Shown: positions 39,285 to 51,324 of the stretch, piece by piece
Layout of the letters: every line of letters starts with the position of its first letter
Position numbering within the stretch: position 1 is the stretch's first letter
Source of the DNA: Octopus vulgaris
Taxonomy: Eukaryota
DNA length: 64,000 nt
Direction of reading: 5' to 3'
NCBI GenBank assembly: GCA_951406725.2
Contig: OX597829.1
Span: 20,460,001 to 20,524,000 of the forward strand
Made by a program: the position numbers and the translations under genes
Notes under the pieces: generated by a model
What the model was told of the DNA's origin: nothing
Seen by the model: only the letters and a program-made list of their open reading frames with translations
Databases searched by the model: none

Positions 39285-39553
39285 TCATCATCATCATCAT
39301 CATCGTTTAGCGTCCGTTTTCCATGCCAGCATGGGTTGGACAGTTCTACTGGGGTCTGTGAAGCCAGAAGGCTTCATCAGGCCCAGTCAAATCTGGCAGT
39401 ATTTCTACGGCTGGATGCCCTTCCTAACGCCAACCACTCCGAGAGTGTAGTGGGTGCTTTTTACGTGCCACCCGCACAGGTGCCAGACAGAGCTGGCAAA
39501 CGGCCACGAACGGATGGTGCTTTTTATGTGCCACCGGCACATATATGTATGTA

Positions 39554-39608
<55 letters not shown>

Positions 39609-40190
39609 TACCTGTTATATACATTATATTATTTTTGTAAAATTTACTTCATCTTTACGTGCCAATTGTCATTTTAATTTTAACCTTCCTATGATATGCA
39701 ATTTTCAAGATGGTGTAATTTGATTGTTCATCATTTTGAATCGATAAAAGGTGTTTTTTTTCTAATATTTCATGTATAAGCATGTATATATATATACTGA
39801 CATTGAAGGACACATCTTTTGATTTACAATTTAATATAGTAGAACATTTAGTATATGTGTGTATATGTATATATATATGTGTGTATATATATATTGCCTG
39901 TTATATACATTATATTATTTTTGAAAATTTACTTCATCTTTACTTTTTAATTGTCACTTTAATTTTAACCTTCCTATGATATACAATTTTCAAGATGGTG
40001 TAATTTAGTTGTTCATTTTGAATCGATAAAAGGTGTTTTTTTTCCTAATATTTCATGTATAAGCATGTATATATATGTAGTGGTATAAATATCAACACAA
40101 TTTTTTCCCCTTCCTCCCTTATCTTTCTTTTTCTTTTTTTCTCTCTTCCTGTCTCCAAATACACAGACACATGCACACGCACACATACGC

Positions 40191-40223
<33 letters not shown>

Positions 40224-41443
40224 GACACATATACACACCTCCACAAAACGATCATAAAAAGTGGAAAGAATTCTTAAACCCAAAAAAAGCATTTGACCAT
40301 TCTCACAATGATAAAAGGAAATATAATTTATGGCCTGCCTCCCCGCCACCACACACTCAGTGACACTGTGAAGTGGTTAAAGCTGAAATTCTTTTTTTTT
40401 CCTAAGGCCTTAGAACCCCCTTGGAGTCAATATTCCGTCCAGCACAGACCAAAAAAGAAATTCTTTCCTTCATCTTCCCTCTCCCTTCACCTCTTTCTCT
40501 TTAGCACTCACCTCAGATACAAACATACACACACACACACACACACATACACACATGTTCTCTCTCTCACTTTCACCTCATCCATCATCCTCTTGTACTG
40601 TCTTATATTCCTCCCCACCACTACGAAACTCTATAAAATGATCAAAATTCCCCACACAGGAACTTAGTTTGATTTGAAAACCCCACTAGAATGGGAGAAA
40701 GCGCTAATGATCTAAGTGATATGATATTATAAAAATAGTTACGTGATCCTATTCTTAATAATATATTTTACTGTGTATATTTTACATGCAGCGGCAATAC
40801 ACATAAGTTTGGAATGACAACAAGGTTTCTTTTTAAGATATATACATTATTTATTTTACATATTTTACAATCATGTTTGATGTTGGGAGTTTGTGTTCGT
40901 TAGGCGTAAAAAGGTACTGACCCGTGAAATGACGATGGGATTTGATTCACAGTTAATGTTGTTGGTATCGGCTTGGCAACAGGTAATAACAGATGGCTTA
41001 AGGTAGTTCTTAGAAGAAACTAGAACCCAAGAACAGATAATTGATTTACCGTTTATGAGGTACACTGTAAGAGTCCCATATCAAGATATTGCATGTCACA
41101 GTTGAGATTAATTGAATCACTCGTTGTGTTTATCTTTCTCTTGATATGAATATACTTCCAGACATGTTTCTGTAGCCGTTTTCTTTGTGGCGAGAATTTC
41201 ACCTAACCGCTATAGTTGAATCTGTAGTTGTCTCGTGTACAATTTAAATCTTCGATGTTTGTCGACTGGTTCTTGCTGCTTCTTCATTATATGTTCTGCT
41301 TGGTTATTTTTCTCTAGTTATAGATATCTTGTAACCGTTTTCTTCATGGTGATTTTTCACACTAACAGTATGAGAGGTATCTGTAACATCTTGTATTAAT
41401 GGTGGTCGCCTGCCTCGAAACTGGAACTTGGTCGAGTATTCTC

Positions 41444-41640
41444 TGTGTGGTCAGAGACTTAGCTCTTAAAAGAACTAAAAGCCTAAGACGAGCTGTGTGG
41501 TCAGAGGTTTAGCTCTGAGAAGAACTAAAAACCTAAGACGTTTTGTGTGGTCAGAGGTTCGCCCTGAGAAGGACTGGAAACCTAAGACGAGCTGTGTGGT
41601 CAGAGGTTCGCCCTGAGAAGGACTGGAAACCTAAGACGAA
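41444..41640. repeat. Four tandem 49-50 bp repeats
   Basis: TGTGTGGTCAGAG...CCTAAGACG at 41444, 41494, 41544 and 41593. Confidence 0.9.
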
Positions 41641-42018
41641 TATTTTTCTGAGAAACCTTGTTTTATAATCTTTACATGGCTCCCAGTGAACTTCAGAAAT
41701 GGAAAGCTGTGATTGGCTGCTTGGAACTATGGCGCGAAAATAAGTCGAGACATTTTGCGCCAAGTTATAACCAGCGGTGCGAGCGTAGTAGAGACCAACG
41801 TGTCAGCCAATCGAATTAGTGTTTACATCAATGTTGAACTAGCCAAAGCTGTTTGTAATCTCGACCGAGGTCATTCTATATACTCTTCTCAAACAGTGAA
41901 GATAGCACTGAGAGACGATATTGCTACAATATATATATATAAAAAATGTAATATATAAATAAATATCTGTAAATATAAACCATCCGATCTTCTGAGTACC
42001 TCATTTCTTCTAATATAG

Positions 42019-42099
<81 letters not shown>

Positions 42100-43077
42100 A
42101 AATAGATGAGTGTATTTTTACCTTGTTAACAATTAACACGGAAAAAATAAATAAATAGTTACCAGGGCAGCAAAAATCTCACAAGTAAAGGTGTTGTAAC
42201 TCCTTGTTTATAAAGGTAGAAACTTCGTGTTTACGTTGAATATTTTGAATAATATGAATTTAAAAAATGGAGTTAACGCAGGCGTAATCAAATATTTTTA
42301 CTTCGACACATGTTTCGAAAATTCCACTGATACTATTTAAAAGAATAAATGGTATAAACAGTGCAATCTTCTCAGGAAAGTAAAAAAATCGGAACTCGTC
42401 AATAAGACATTTTAGCAAAAAATGATGGATTTGTATAGCAATAGACAGAACGCTATTAATATTGTTTAAAAAAACGTTATATGATATAACGTCATAAGTA
42501 GCTAACAGAAACAGTAGGGATATTAATAGTGAATGTTAAATATAATGGAAATTAAAGTTTAAATTATATATAATGATAGAGACTACTTATATGCACTAAA
42601 TGTATGTTTTTGTCAATGCTTACATCTGTATGCTCGCTCTATAACCGTGTTTACTAGAGTATTTTTAGAAAAAATAATGAAAAATAGCTCAGAATTGCAG
42701 AGAAGACAGAATTTCTTGCCTTTGTCATATGGTATCGAAATTGAGAGAATCAACCATTCTAAATGAAATTGTTCATTGTGGTCTTTTAAATCTCAAATCA
42801 GTTTGCTGAGACCGGTACTATTCCGTTTATTTCAGCAAACTGATTTGGGATTTAAAAGACCACAATGAACAATTTCATTTAGAATGGTTAATTCTCTCAA
42901 TTTCGATACCATATGACAAAGGCAAGAAATTCTGTCTTCTCTGCAATTCTGAGCTATTTTTCATTATTTTTTCTAAAAATACCCTAGTAAACACGGTTAT
43001 AGAGCGAGCATACAGATGTAAGCATTGGCAAAAACATACATTTAGTGCATATAAGTAGTCTCTATCATTATATATAA

Positions 43078-45552
43078 CTAGCAGTATCGCCCGGCGTTGC
43101 TCGGGTTTGTAAGGGAAATAACTATATAAGCATTTTTAGAGAGTTATAGCCAAAAAATAGCAAAAAAATGCATTAAAAATGGAATAAAAAATTATGGTAA
43201 TTTTTTTTAAATCGTTGACTCATCGTAGACATTTTTAGAGAGTTACTTCCCTTATTTAATAGCGAAAAAATGCATTAAAATGGAAAAAAATTATGGTAAT
43301 ATTTTTTTAAAAATCGTAGACTCATCGTAGACGCGCGCTAATACCCAGAAGGGCTCGATATGAATCACGACTATAAGATACCCGGTTTTGGTTAAACTGC
43401 ACCGTTAAATGTGGGAGTAGTTAGGAATATAAATCGTAGGAGACAGACACACAACCTTACTTTTATATATAAAGATTTGTGCAACAACTAAAACATTCGG
43501 TTGTGCAAATTGTTTGCACAGGAAACCTGCCCTGTGTGGCGTTTTTTGCCGTTTTTGTGGATCTGTTTCAGCTTTTTTAGCGATTTCTGTTTTGGCGACT
43601 TCAAGCCATGAAGTCGTTGTTCTAAAAGAACGCTGGTCTCCTTGACAACGCTTTACGACGTTGATTTCCATACCCTGCCTTCCCCACAGCTTCACAAGGG
43701 ATGGAAGAAGGGGAGGAGCTACACAGTTGCAGGTGCGAGCATGAACGCCAACGCCGCCACCGACACACGAAAAAATTGGAAGAACCCAGACGACAGCTTC
43801 AGCCACCACCACCACCACCAACACAATCACCACTACCACCATGAGCACCACCACCACTACGCCCATGACCATCACCACCACCATCACGAAGACCACCACG
43901 ACCACCACGACCACCACCATCATCACCACGACCCCCACCATCACCCCCACCACCACCAACAACAACAACAACAACACCACCACCACAAACACGACGACCA
44001 CCACGACCACGACCACCATCACCACTACCAGCACCACCGCCACAACTGCTGCCACTACCACCGCCTCCACCACCACCATACTATGCCTCTGCTCTCTCCT
44101 TTTGGCTACTAAATCCATTACCATATTTCACAAGTACCATCGCCATACAATATTGCCTTCAAAAGTTTGTGTTTGGATAATATTTTTTAAGTAAAAGTTG
44201 TGCAACAACTAAAACATTCGGTTGTGCAAATTATTTGCACGGGAAACCTTCCCTGTGTGGCGTGTTTCCCGATTTTGTAGAATTTGCTTTCGGGCTTTCT
44301 TAGCCATTTCTGTTTTGGTGTCTTCAAGCCATGAAGTCGTTGTTCTAAAAGAACGCTGGTCTCCTTGACAACGCTTTACGATGTTGATTTCCTTACACTC
44401 CCTTCCCCACAGCCTTTAAAAAATATGCGTTAAAATGGAAAAAAATTATGGTAAATTATTTTTAAAATCGTAGACTCATCGTAGACGCGCGCTAATACCC
44501 AGACGGGCTCGATATGAATCACGACTATAAGATACCTGAATTTGGTGAAACTGGACCGCAAAATGTGGGAGTAGTTAGGAATCAAAATCGTAGGAGACAG
44601 ACACTCACACAACTTCACTTTTATATATATAGACTAGCAGTATCGCCCGGCGTTGCTCGGGTTTGTCAGGGAAATAACTATATAAGCATTTTTAGAGAGT
44701 TATAGCAAAAAAATGCATTAAAAATGGAATAAAAAATGATGGTAAATTTTTTTTTAAATCGTTGACTCATCGTAGACATTTTTAGAGAGTTACTTCTCTT
44801 ATATAATAGCGAAAAAATGCATTAAAATGGAAAAAATGATGGTAAATTTTTTTAAAATCGTAGACTCATCGTAGACGCGCGCTAAAACCCAGAAGGGCTC
44901 GATATGAATCACGACTATAAGATACCCGGTTTTGGTTACACTGCACCGCAAAATGTGTGAGTAGTTAGGAATCTAAATCGTAGGAGACAGACACACAACT
45001 TGACTTTTATATATAAAGATTTGTGCAACAACTAAAACATTCGGTTGTGCAAATTGTTTGCACAGGAAACCTGCCTTGTGTGGCGTGTTTCCCGATTTTG
45101 TAGAATTTGCTTTCGGGCTTTCTTAGCCATTTCTGTTTTGGTGTTTTCAAGCCATGAAGTCGTTGTTCTAAAAGAACGCTGGTCTCCTTGACAACGCTTT
45201 ACGACGTTGATTTCCTTACACTCCCTTCCCCACAGCTTCACGAGGGAGGGAAGAAAGGGGAGAAGCAACACAGGTGCAGGTGTGAGCATGGACGCCAATT
45301 CCGCCGCCATCGACACACGAAAAAGTTGGAAGAACCCAAAAAATATGCTTTAAAATGGAAAAAAATATGATAAATTATTTTTAAAATCGTAGACTCATCG
45401 TAGACGCGCGCTATTACCCAGAAAGGCTCGATATGAATGACGACTATAAGATACCCGGTTTTGGTTAAACTGCACCGCAAAATGTGGGAGTAGTTAGGAA
45501 TCTAAATCGTAGGAGACAGACACTCACACAACTTCACTTTTATATATATACA
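43078..45552 (-). mobile_element. Two head-to-tail non-autonomous Helitrons (43078-44633, 44634-45552)
   Basis: Minus strand: 5' TCTATATATATAAAAG, 3' hairpin CCCGAGCAACGCCGGG and CTAG end; inserted between A43077 and T45553 with no TSD. Confidence 0.85.
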
Positions 45553-45734
45553 TTTAAACTTTAATTTCCATTATATTTAACATTCACTATTAATATCCCT
45601 ACTGTTTCTGTTAGCTACTTATGACGTTATATCATATAACGTTTTTTTAAACAATATTAATAGCGTTCTGTCTATCGCTATACAAATCCATCATTTTTTG
45701 CTAAAATGTCTTATTGACGAGTTCCAATTTTTTC

Positions 45735-45820
45735 ACTTTCCTGAGGAGAAGATTGCATTGTTTATACCATTTATTCTTTTAAATAGTATCAGTGGAATTT
45801 TCGAAACATGTGTCGAAAGT
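45735..45820 (+). ncRNA. Hammerhead ribozyme, canonical core
   Basis: ACTTTC-CTGAGGA-GAAGATT..41 nt..AATTTTC-GAAA-CATGTG-TC-GAAAGT. Confidence 0.82.
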
Positions 45821-45899
45821 ATAAATATTTAATTACACCTGCGTTAACTCCATTTTTTTAATTCATATATATATATAAATATTTTATTTTATTTTATTT

Positions 45900-48708
45900 T
45901 GTCTAGTTTCAGCTCAAGAGCTGTGGCCATGCTGGGGCACCGCCATTTGTTGTGGCTACATGATTTTACTTCATGAATGCTTTTTAGCAATTGCCATTTG
46001 GTGCATGAGAGAGTTCGATGCAGCTGCCCTCATCTGCACCTCCAGCCGTGAAGTTGGTTCATCTGGGACACCTGACAGGAAGAGATCCAGTTTTATTTTA
46101 AAGACATCTTCATCCACCCCATGCAGGTCCCTCAGGTTCTTCGGGAAGATATTGAAGAGCTGTGGGCCTCTGAAGCCCAGGCTATCACAGTATCTTGTCC
46201 TACATCTTGATGGCAAATTTGGAGTCCTTGGCACCATGCAGTGGCGCCCAGTTCTAGCATTTGTGTAACTCTCGATGCCCAAGTTTGGGACAAGTCCTTC
46301 TAGGATCTCCCAGATGTATATTATGGCATATCTTTCTCGCCTACGCTCTATGGAATAGAGTCTTAATCTCTTGAGTCTTTCCCAGTAGCTTATATGCTGC
46401 ACAGAGGCTATCTTCTTCGTTGGATCGCCTCAAGTTCTGTGATTAACTTGACACTGGATGGTGGCCATAGCTGAGAGCAATAGTCAAAGTGGCTTAGGAC
46501 AAGTGTCCTCCAGAGGACCATCATGGTTTCCTGGCCTCTTGTTCTAAAGGTTCTAAGAATCCATCAGGTCAGCCGCCTACATTTCATTGCCAATTTAGCA
46601 ACATGCACATGAAAGGTTGCATCATCACTCATGTAAATACCCAGGTCTCGCACTGATTGTGCCTCTGGGATTGCAATCCCTCCAGGTCCAGTATATTTAT
46701 TGGGTATTGCATTTAGTTTTGCATGCTGATAGCATAAAGCTTGAAACTTTTCAGCATTGAACTGAATGCTATTCTTTTCAGCCCACTTGTATATTTTGTC
46801 CAGCTCACATTGCAGGTGCTTAGTGTCTTCAGGGTTCTGTATTGCCTGTGAAACTTTTGTATCATCTGCATAACTTGTGATCGTGGCTCTCTGCGTGGCT
46901 GAGGGCATGTCTGAGAGGGCCATTATGAACAGTAGTGGTCCCAAAACAATGCCTTGCGGAACACCGCTCACTATTTGCATTGGCTACTAACACCTGACTT
47001 CTATCCTTCAGAAAGTCATGAAGCCATTCTCCCAATTTTCCAACTATGCCAAGATCACGCAGTTTGTGACGTATCATTCCATGATCGACTTTATCAAAGG
47101 CCTTTGCAAAGTCGAGATATGTGACTTCCACATTTGAGTGGTTGAGCAGTCGTTTCAGCACCCAGTCATAGTGATGTAGGAGCTGAGTTAAGCAGCTTCT
47201 TCCTGGTCGGAAACCATGTTGGGTGTCAGGCAGCAAGTCATTTTCTTCAAGGAATGTGATTAGTTTCCTTCTGACTATTCGTTCCATGACCTTCCTGATG
47301 TGTGAGGTCATAGAGATAGGTCTGTAGTTCTTGGCTTCCGCTCTGCTACCACCTTTATGAATAGGGCATATTTTACCTTCCTTCAGTTTTCTTGGAAGTT
47401 TGCCAGTTGCACGGAAGCTCTGAAAAAGGAACTGCAGTGGTCTTGCTAGGACTCTCTTACATACTTTTAGAAGGATTGCTGGGAATCCATCGGGGCCAGT
47501 TGCTGAGTTTGTTTTCATTTCATCTATAGCCTTTATTACATCGTCTTCCTTTATATTGATGTAATCAATCATCGCTGCCTCTGATTTTATATCTGCAGTG
47601 GTAAAGACGTTAGTTGGATTGCTGACTTGAAAATGCCCTTGGGGTAGAGTGAAAATACTCTTGAATTGCTCATTTAGTATTTCACTTATCCTCATTGGAT
47701 TTCCTGTGAGTGTGCCACCCTTTTCAAGGAGTAGCCCTATCCTACAGTGCACCGTAACTGTTTCTTTGGCATACCTGTAGAAAGCTCTGGGGTTAGTTTT
47801 TATGTTGTCTATAGCCCAGGCTTCTTTGTCTGCTCTTTCCTTTTCATGGGAGAGTTGCAGACATTTTTCAATTTCCAACAGTTTTATTTTCAGACGGGAC
47901 TTTTCACTGCTTTCAATTTGTTTGTTTAGGCGATTTGAAACTTTTGTACGTCGTCTCGTTAGAATTTTCCTCTCTCTGGGGATTTTGTTCTTGTGTACAG
48001 TGGCCTTTCTCTCTGGAACACTTTTATAGCATATGGCTTGCATTACAGACATGAAGTTTCATGTCGATGTTTGGCGAGGAGAGACATTCAGGCCAGTTTT
48101 GTTTGAGGATCTCTTTCTCAATTTGTTTCCAGTTTGCCTTATGGAAGTTCAAGCTGAAAAGATTCTGAGAGTTTCTTGTAGGCTGCATGTCCATGCTTTC
48201 CTTTGGCCCGTACATGGTCAGCTCTATCATGTTGTGATCCGAGAGTAGTGTCGGTGTCACTTTCACATTATGGATGAGATCCATATTATTTGTGAAGCAG
48301 AGATCCAGTATGTTACATGCCCTGGTTGATTGGAGTATTACTTGCTCCATGTACAGAGTGTTGATAAGGTTCAGGGGGGAACTCGCCTGTCCTCGTTCAC
48401 ATCTTGTCATTCCTGGGAGAGAAAGGACCTCGGGCCATCTGACATTGGGTAGATTGAAGTCTCCCATAAGAAGAACACTTATGTGTTGTTCTAATGTGAT
48501 TAGAAATTCTATTTTCATAAGGCAGTCTTCAAACTTGCCTACATGGCTTGGGGCATCTGGAGGGCGATATGTAGCACACACAACTACATCAAGTTGCCTT
48601 ATGTGTACAATTAGTGTGTCACACACCGAGTTTGAGTATGACAAAAGGACTTGGGGTGTGAGGTCCTCACGGATGTACATAGCAACTCCTCCAAGACTCC
48701 TTTCTATA
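45900..48708 (-). mobile_element. CR1/L2-group LINE (second family), disrupted APE plus RT
   Basis: YRPP, GDFNLP, SDH; NYRPISMTS, QHGFRPGRSC, YLDFAKAFDKVDH, GVPQG, YADD, SIERRRERY; 3' end GGCGGTGCCCCAGCATGGCC. Confidence 0.92.
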
Positions 48709-48833
<125 letters not shown>

Positions 48834-48836
48834 ATA

Positions 48837-48902
<66 letters not shown>

Positions 48903-48912
48903 ATTTTTTTCT

Positions 48913-49612
48913 CTAGTTTCAGCTCAGAGCTGCGGCCATGCTGATGCACCGCCGTTTTGTGCTACACTATTATTACGAAGAACCTCCTCTAATATGTGGC
49001 ACTTGGTGAAGAATGGAGTTTGATATAGCTACTCTCATTTGCACCTCTTGCCGTGAGGTAGGTTCATCTGGGACTTTTGACAGGAAGATGTCCAGCTTTG
49101 ATTTAAAAACCGCTACATCTACTTAGTGCAAGTTCCTCAGACTCTTTGGGGGAATATTAAAAAGCTGTGGGCCCTTGAAATCCAGGCTGTTGCAGAACCT
49201 GGTCGTGAAGCATGATGGCATTGCTGGGATCTTTGGCACTATGCAGTGTCGTCCCGTTCTAGCATTGGTGTAGCTTACAATGCCAAAATTTGGCACAATT
49301 CCTTCCAGGATCTTCCAGACATATATTACTGCATACATCTCTCGTCTTCTCTCCAGGGAGTAGAGTCTTAGCTGTTTCAACCTTTCCCAGTAGCTGAGCT
49401 GTTGCAAAGAGACGATCTTCATTATGAATCTTCTCTGGATTGCTTCAAAGTCCGCTGTTAATTTTACACTGGTGGGTGACCATAGCTGTGAGCAGTAATC
49501 CAGGCGGCTGAGGACGAATGTCCGCCAGAGGAACATCATGGTTTCCTTATCTCTGGTTCTGAATGTTCTTAGGATCCACCCAGCCAGTCGTCTGCACTTT
49601 GTCGCCATCCTG
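48913..49612 (-). mobile_element. 3' fragment of a related LINE subfamily
   Basis: GWILRTFRTRD...LDYCSQLWSP...SLERRREMY; same 3' terminal motif. Confidence 0.88.
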
Positions 49613-49637
49613 ATAATATATATATATATATATATAC

Positions 49638-50100
49638 ATAATAGAAATATTAAAATTACTAACTCTCTCTAAAGGAGATTACGGCAGCGTTACTGGATAT
49701 TAATAGTTATCGCCATACTAATATGGCAGTCTATAAATAAGACTAAAGCTGTCGCTGATTAGCTGCAAGAGGCCATCGCCTCTAGCTAGCTATATGACAC
49801 ACGAACCTGCGTCCATTACAACCTTCGAACAGGAGAGGTCAACCGCTTCACCTTGCTAGTCAGACATCTGCAGACATGTTTCAGGGTTGTTGCCCTTTAT
49901 CAATGCAGCGTAGTCAGAACCAGCAGGTGTCGCTACTGACCGTCTGTTCGAAGATTTTTTTTACTGACCTCCCCTGCTTGAAGGTTGTAATGGACGCAGG
50001 TTCGTGTGTCATATTGCTAGCTAGAGGCGATGGCCTCTTGGAGCTAATCAGCGACAGCTTTAGTCTTATTTGTAGACTGCCATATTAGTATGGCGATAAC

Positions 50101-50101
<1 letters not shown>
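49638..50101. mobile_element. Small fold-back element with hammerhead, (TA)n-flanked
   Basis: 49703-49825 is mirrored at 49980-50101; related to 52870-53672. Confidence 0.8.
49868..49908 (-). ncRNA. Minimal hammerhead ribozyme, U3-A8 variant
   Basis: Minus strand: CTGCA-TTGATAA-AGGG-CAACAA-CCCT-GAAA-CATG-TC-TGCAG. Confidence 0.78.
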
Positions 50102-50192
<91 letters not shown>

Positions 50193-50195
<3 letters not shown>

Positions 50196-51210
50196 GGGCG
50201 TTCAATAAGTAATGCCCCTGACCCACTTACCATTGCAGTAGGGCAACGAAACTTAGCACAGTTATTAGTATTTTTCTACATAGGAAGCACCCAGAGTTAC
50301 GCATTTCTCCCATCGTTTGATGCAGCTCTGAAGACCGTTTTTGTAGAAGACTCCCAGCTTGTTCCTCCAACCACGACGTGACTTCAGAAATCAAGGCTGC
50401 ATCATCTGTGAAACGCTTTCCTTTCAGAAACAACTTCATGGCTGGGAAGAGGTGAAAATCAGAGGGTTCAACGTCAGGAGAGTAGGGGGGATGGTGAGGA
50501 GTTCATAGCCGCACGCCTGTGCTTCTGATCTGGCGACACGCGAGTTGTGGACCGGAGCGTTGTCCTGCAGGAGGAGAATGCCTTTGCTGATCTTGCCCGC
50601 CTCTTGATTTTGATAGCTTCTCTTAATTTCCTCAAAAGTGAAGCATAATAGGCTCCTGTAATTGTGGTACCCTTTGCCGGGAAATCTGTCATCACTACTC
50701 CGTCCTGTTCCCAGAAGACTGTGAGCATGTCCTTGCCAGCGAAGGGCTGCACCCTTGCCTTGGATCATAGTGATGCACCCTGGATCATAGTGATGGACCC
50801 AGGTTTCATCCTGTGTAATCAGTCTTTTGAAAAATTTTAACTCATCTTCTTGGCACATCTCCAAATTCATCCTTGAGCACTCGACGCGTTCTTGCTTCTG
50901 GAAAAGTGTGAGCAACCTGGGAATCCATCTGGCAGACACCTTTTGCATATGCAAATGGTCATGAATGATAGTTTCCACAGACCCGGTACTAATCTTGACC
51001 TGATGGGCTATTTGGCGAATTGTTATGCGTCGATCTTCCAAAATGGCAGCCTCAACTTGACGGACAGATGCCTCATCAATGGCAGAAGGGGGGTGACCGG
51101 ATCTGGGAGCTGTTTCCACAGAGTTCCGACCATGTTTGTTCCGACAAGAGTTCACGATGCCAGGGTTTTACAAGGTCATATGATGAGGCATCATCACCAT
51201 AAGCTTCAGT
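50193..51210 (-). mobile_element. Mariner transposon remnant (frameshifted transposase, one TIR)
   Basis: SARWIPRLL, ITQDETWVHHYDP, LLQDNAPVH; TA-GAGGGGCGTTCAATAAGTAAT terminus. Confidence 0.88.
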
Positions 51211-51261
51211 AACACCCACCCCCAGTGGCTAGCCACATTCAGATGGCTAGTGCATTTTGTG

Positions 51262-51322
<61 letters not shown>

Positions 51323-51324
<2 letters not shown>

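Larger units (their letters stand above)
42105..45868. mobile_element. Fold-back PLE-type non-autonomous element, right arm interrupted by Helitrons
   Basis: ~42255-42810 is mirrored by ~42830-43077 plus 45553-45868; a hammerhead motif lies in each arm; (TA)n flanks. Confidence 0.82.

Noticed and set aside
41444-41640. CRISPR-like regularly spaced repeats
   Set aside because: Whole units repeat with no unique spacers; eukaryotic context with no cas genes.
43405-44194. His-, Thr- and Val-rich ORFs as host genes
   Set aside because: Trinucleotide low-complexity sequence inside a non-autonomous Helitron; no splice or domain support.
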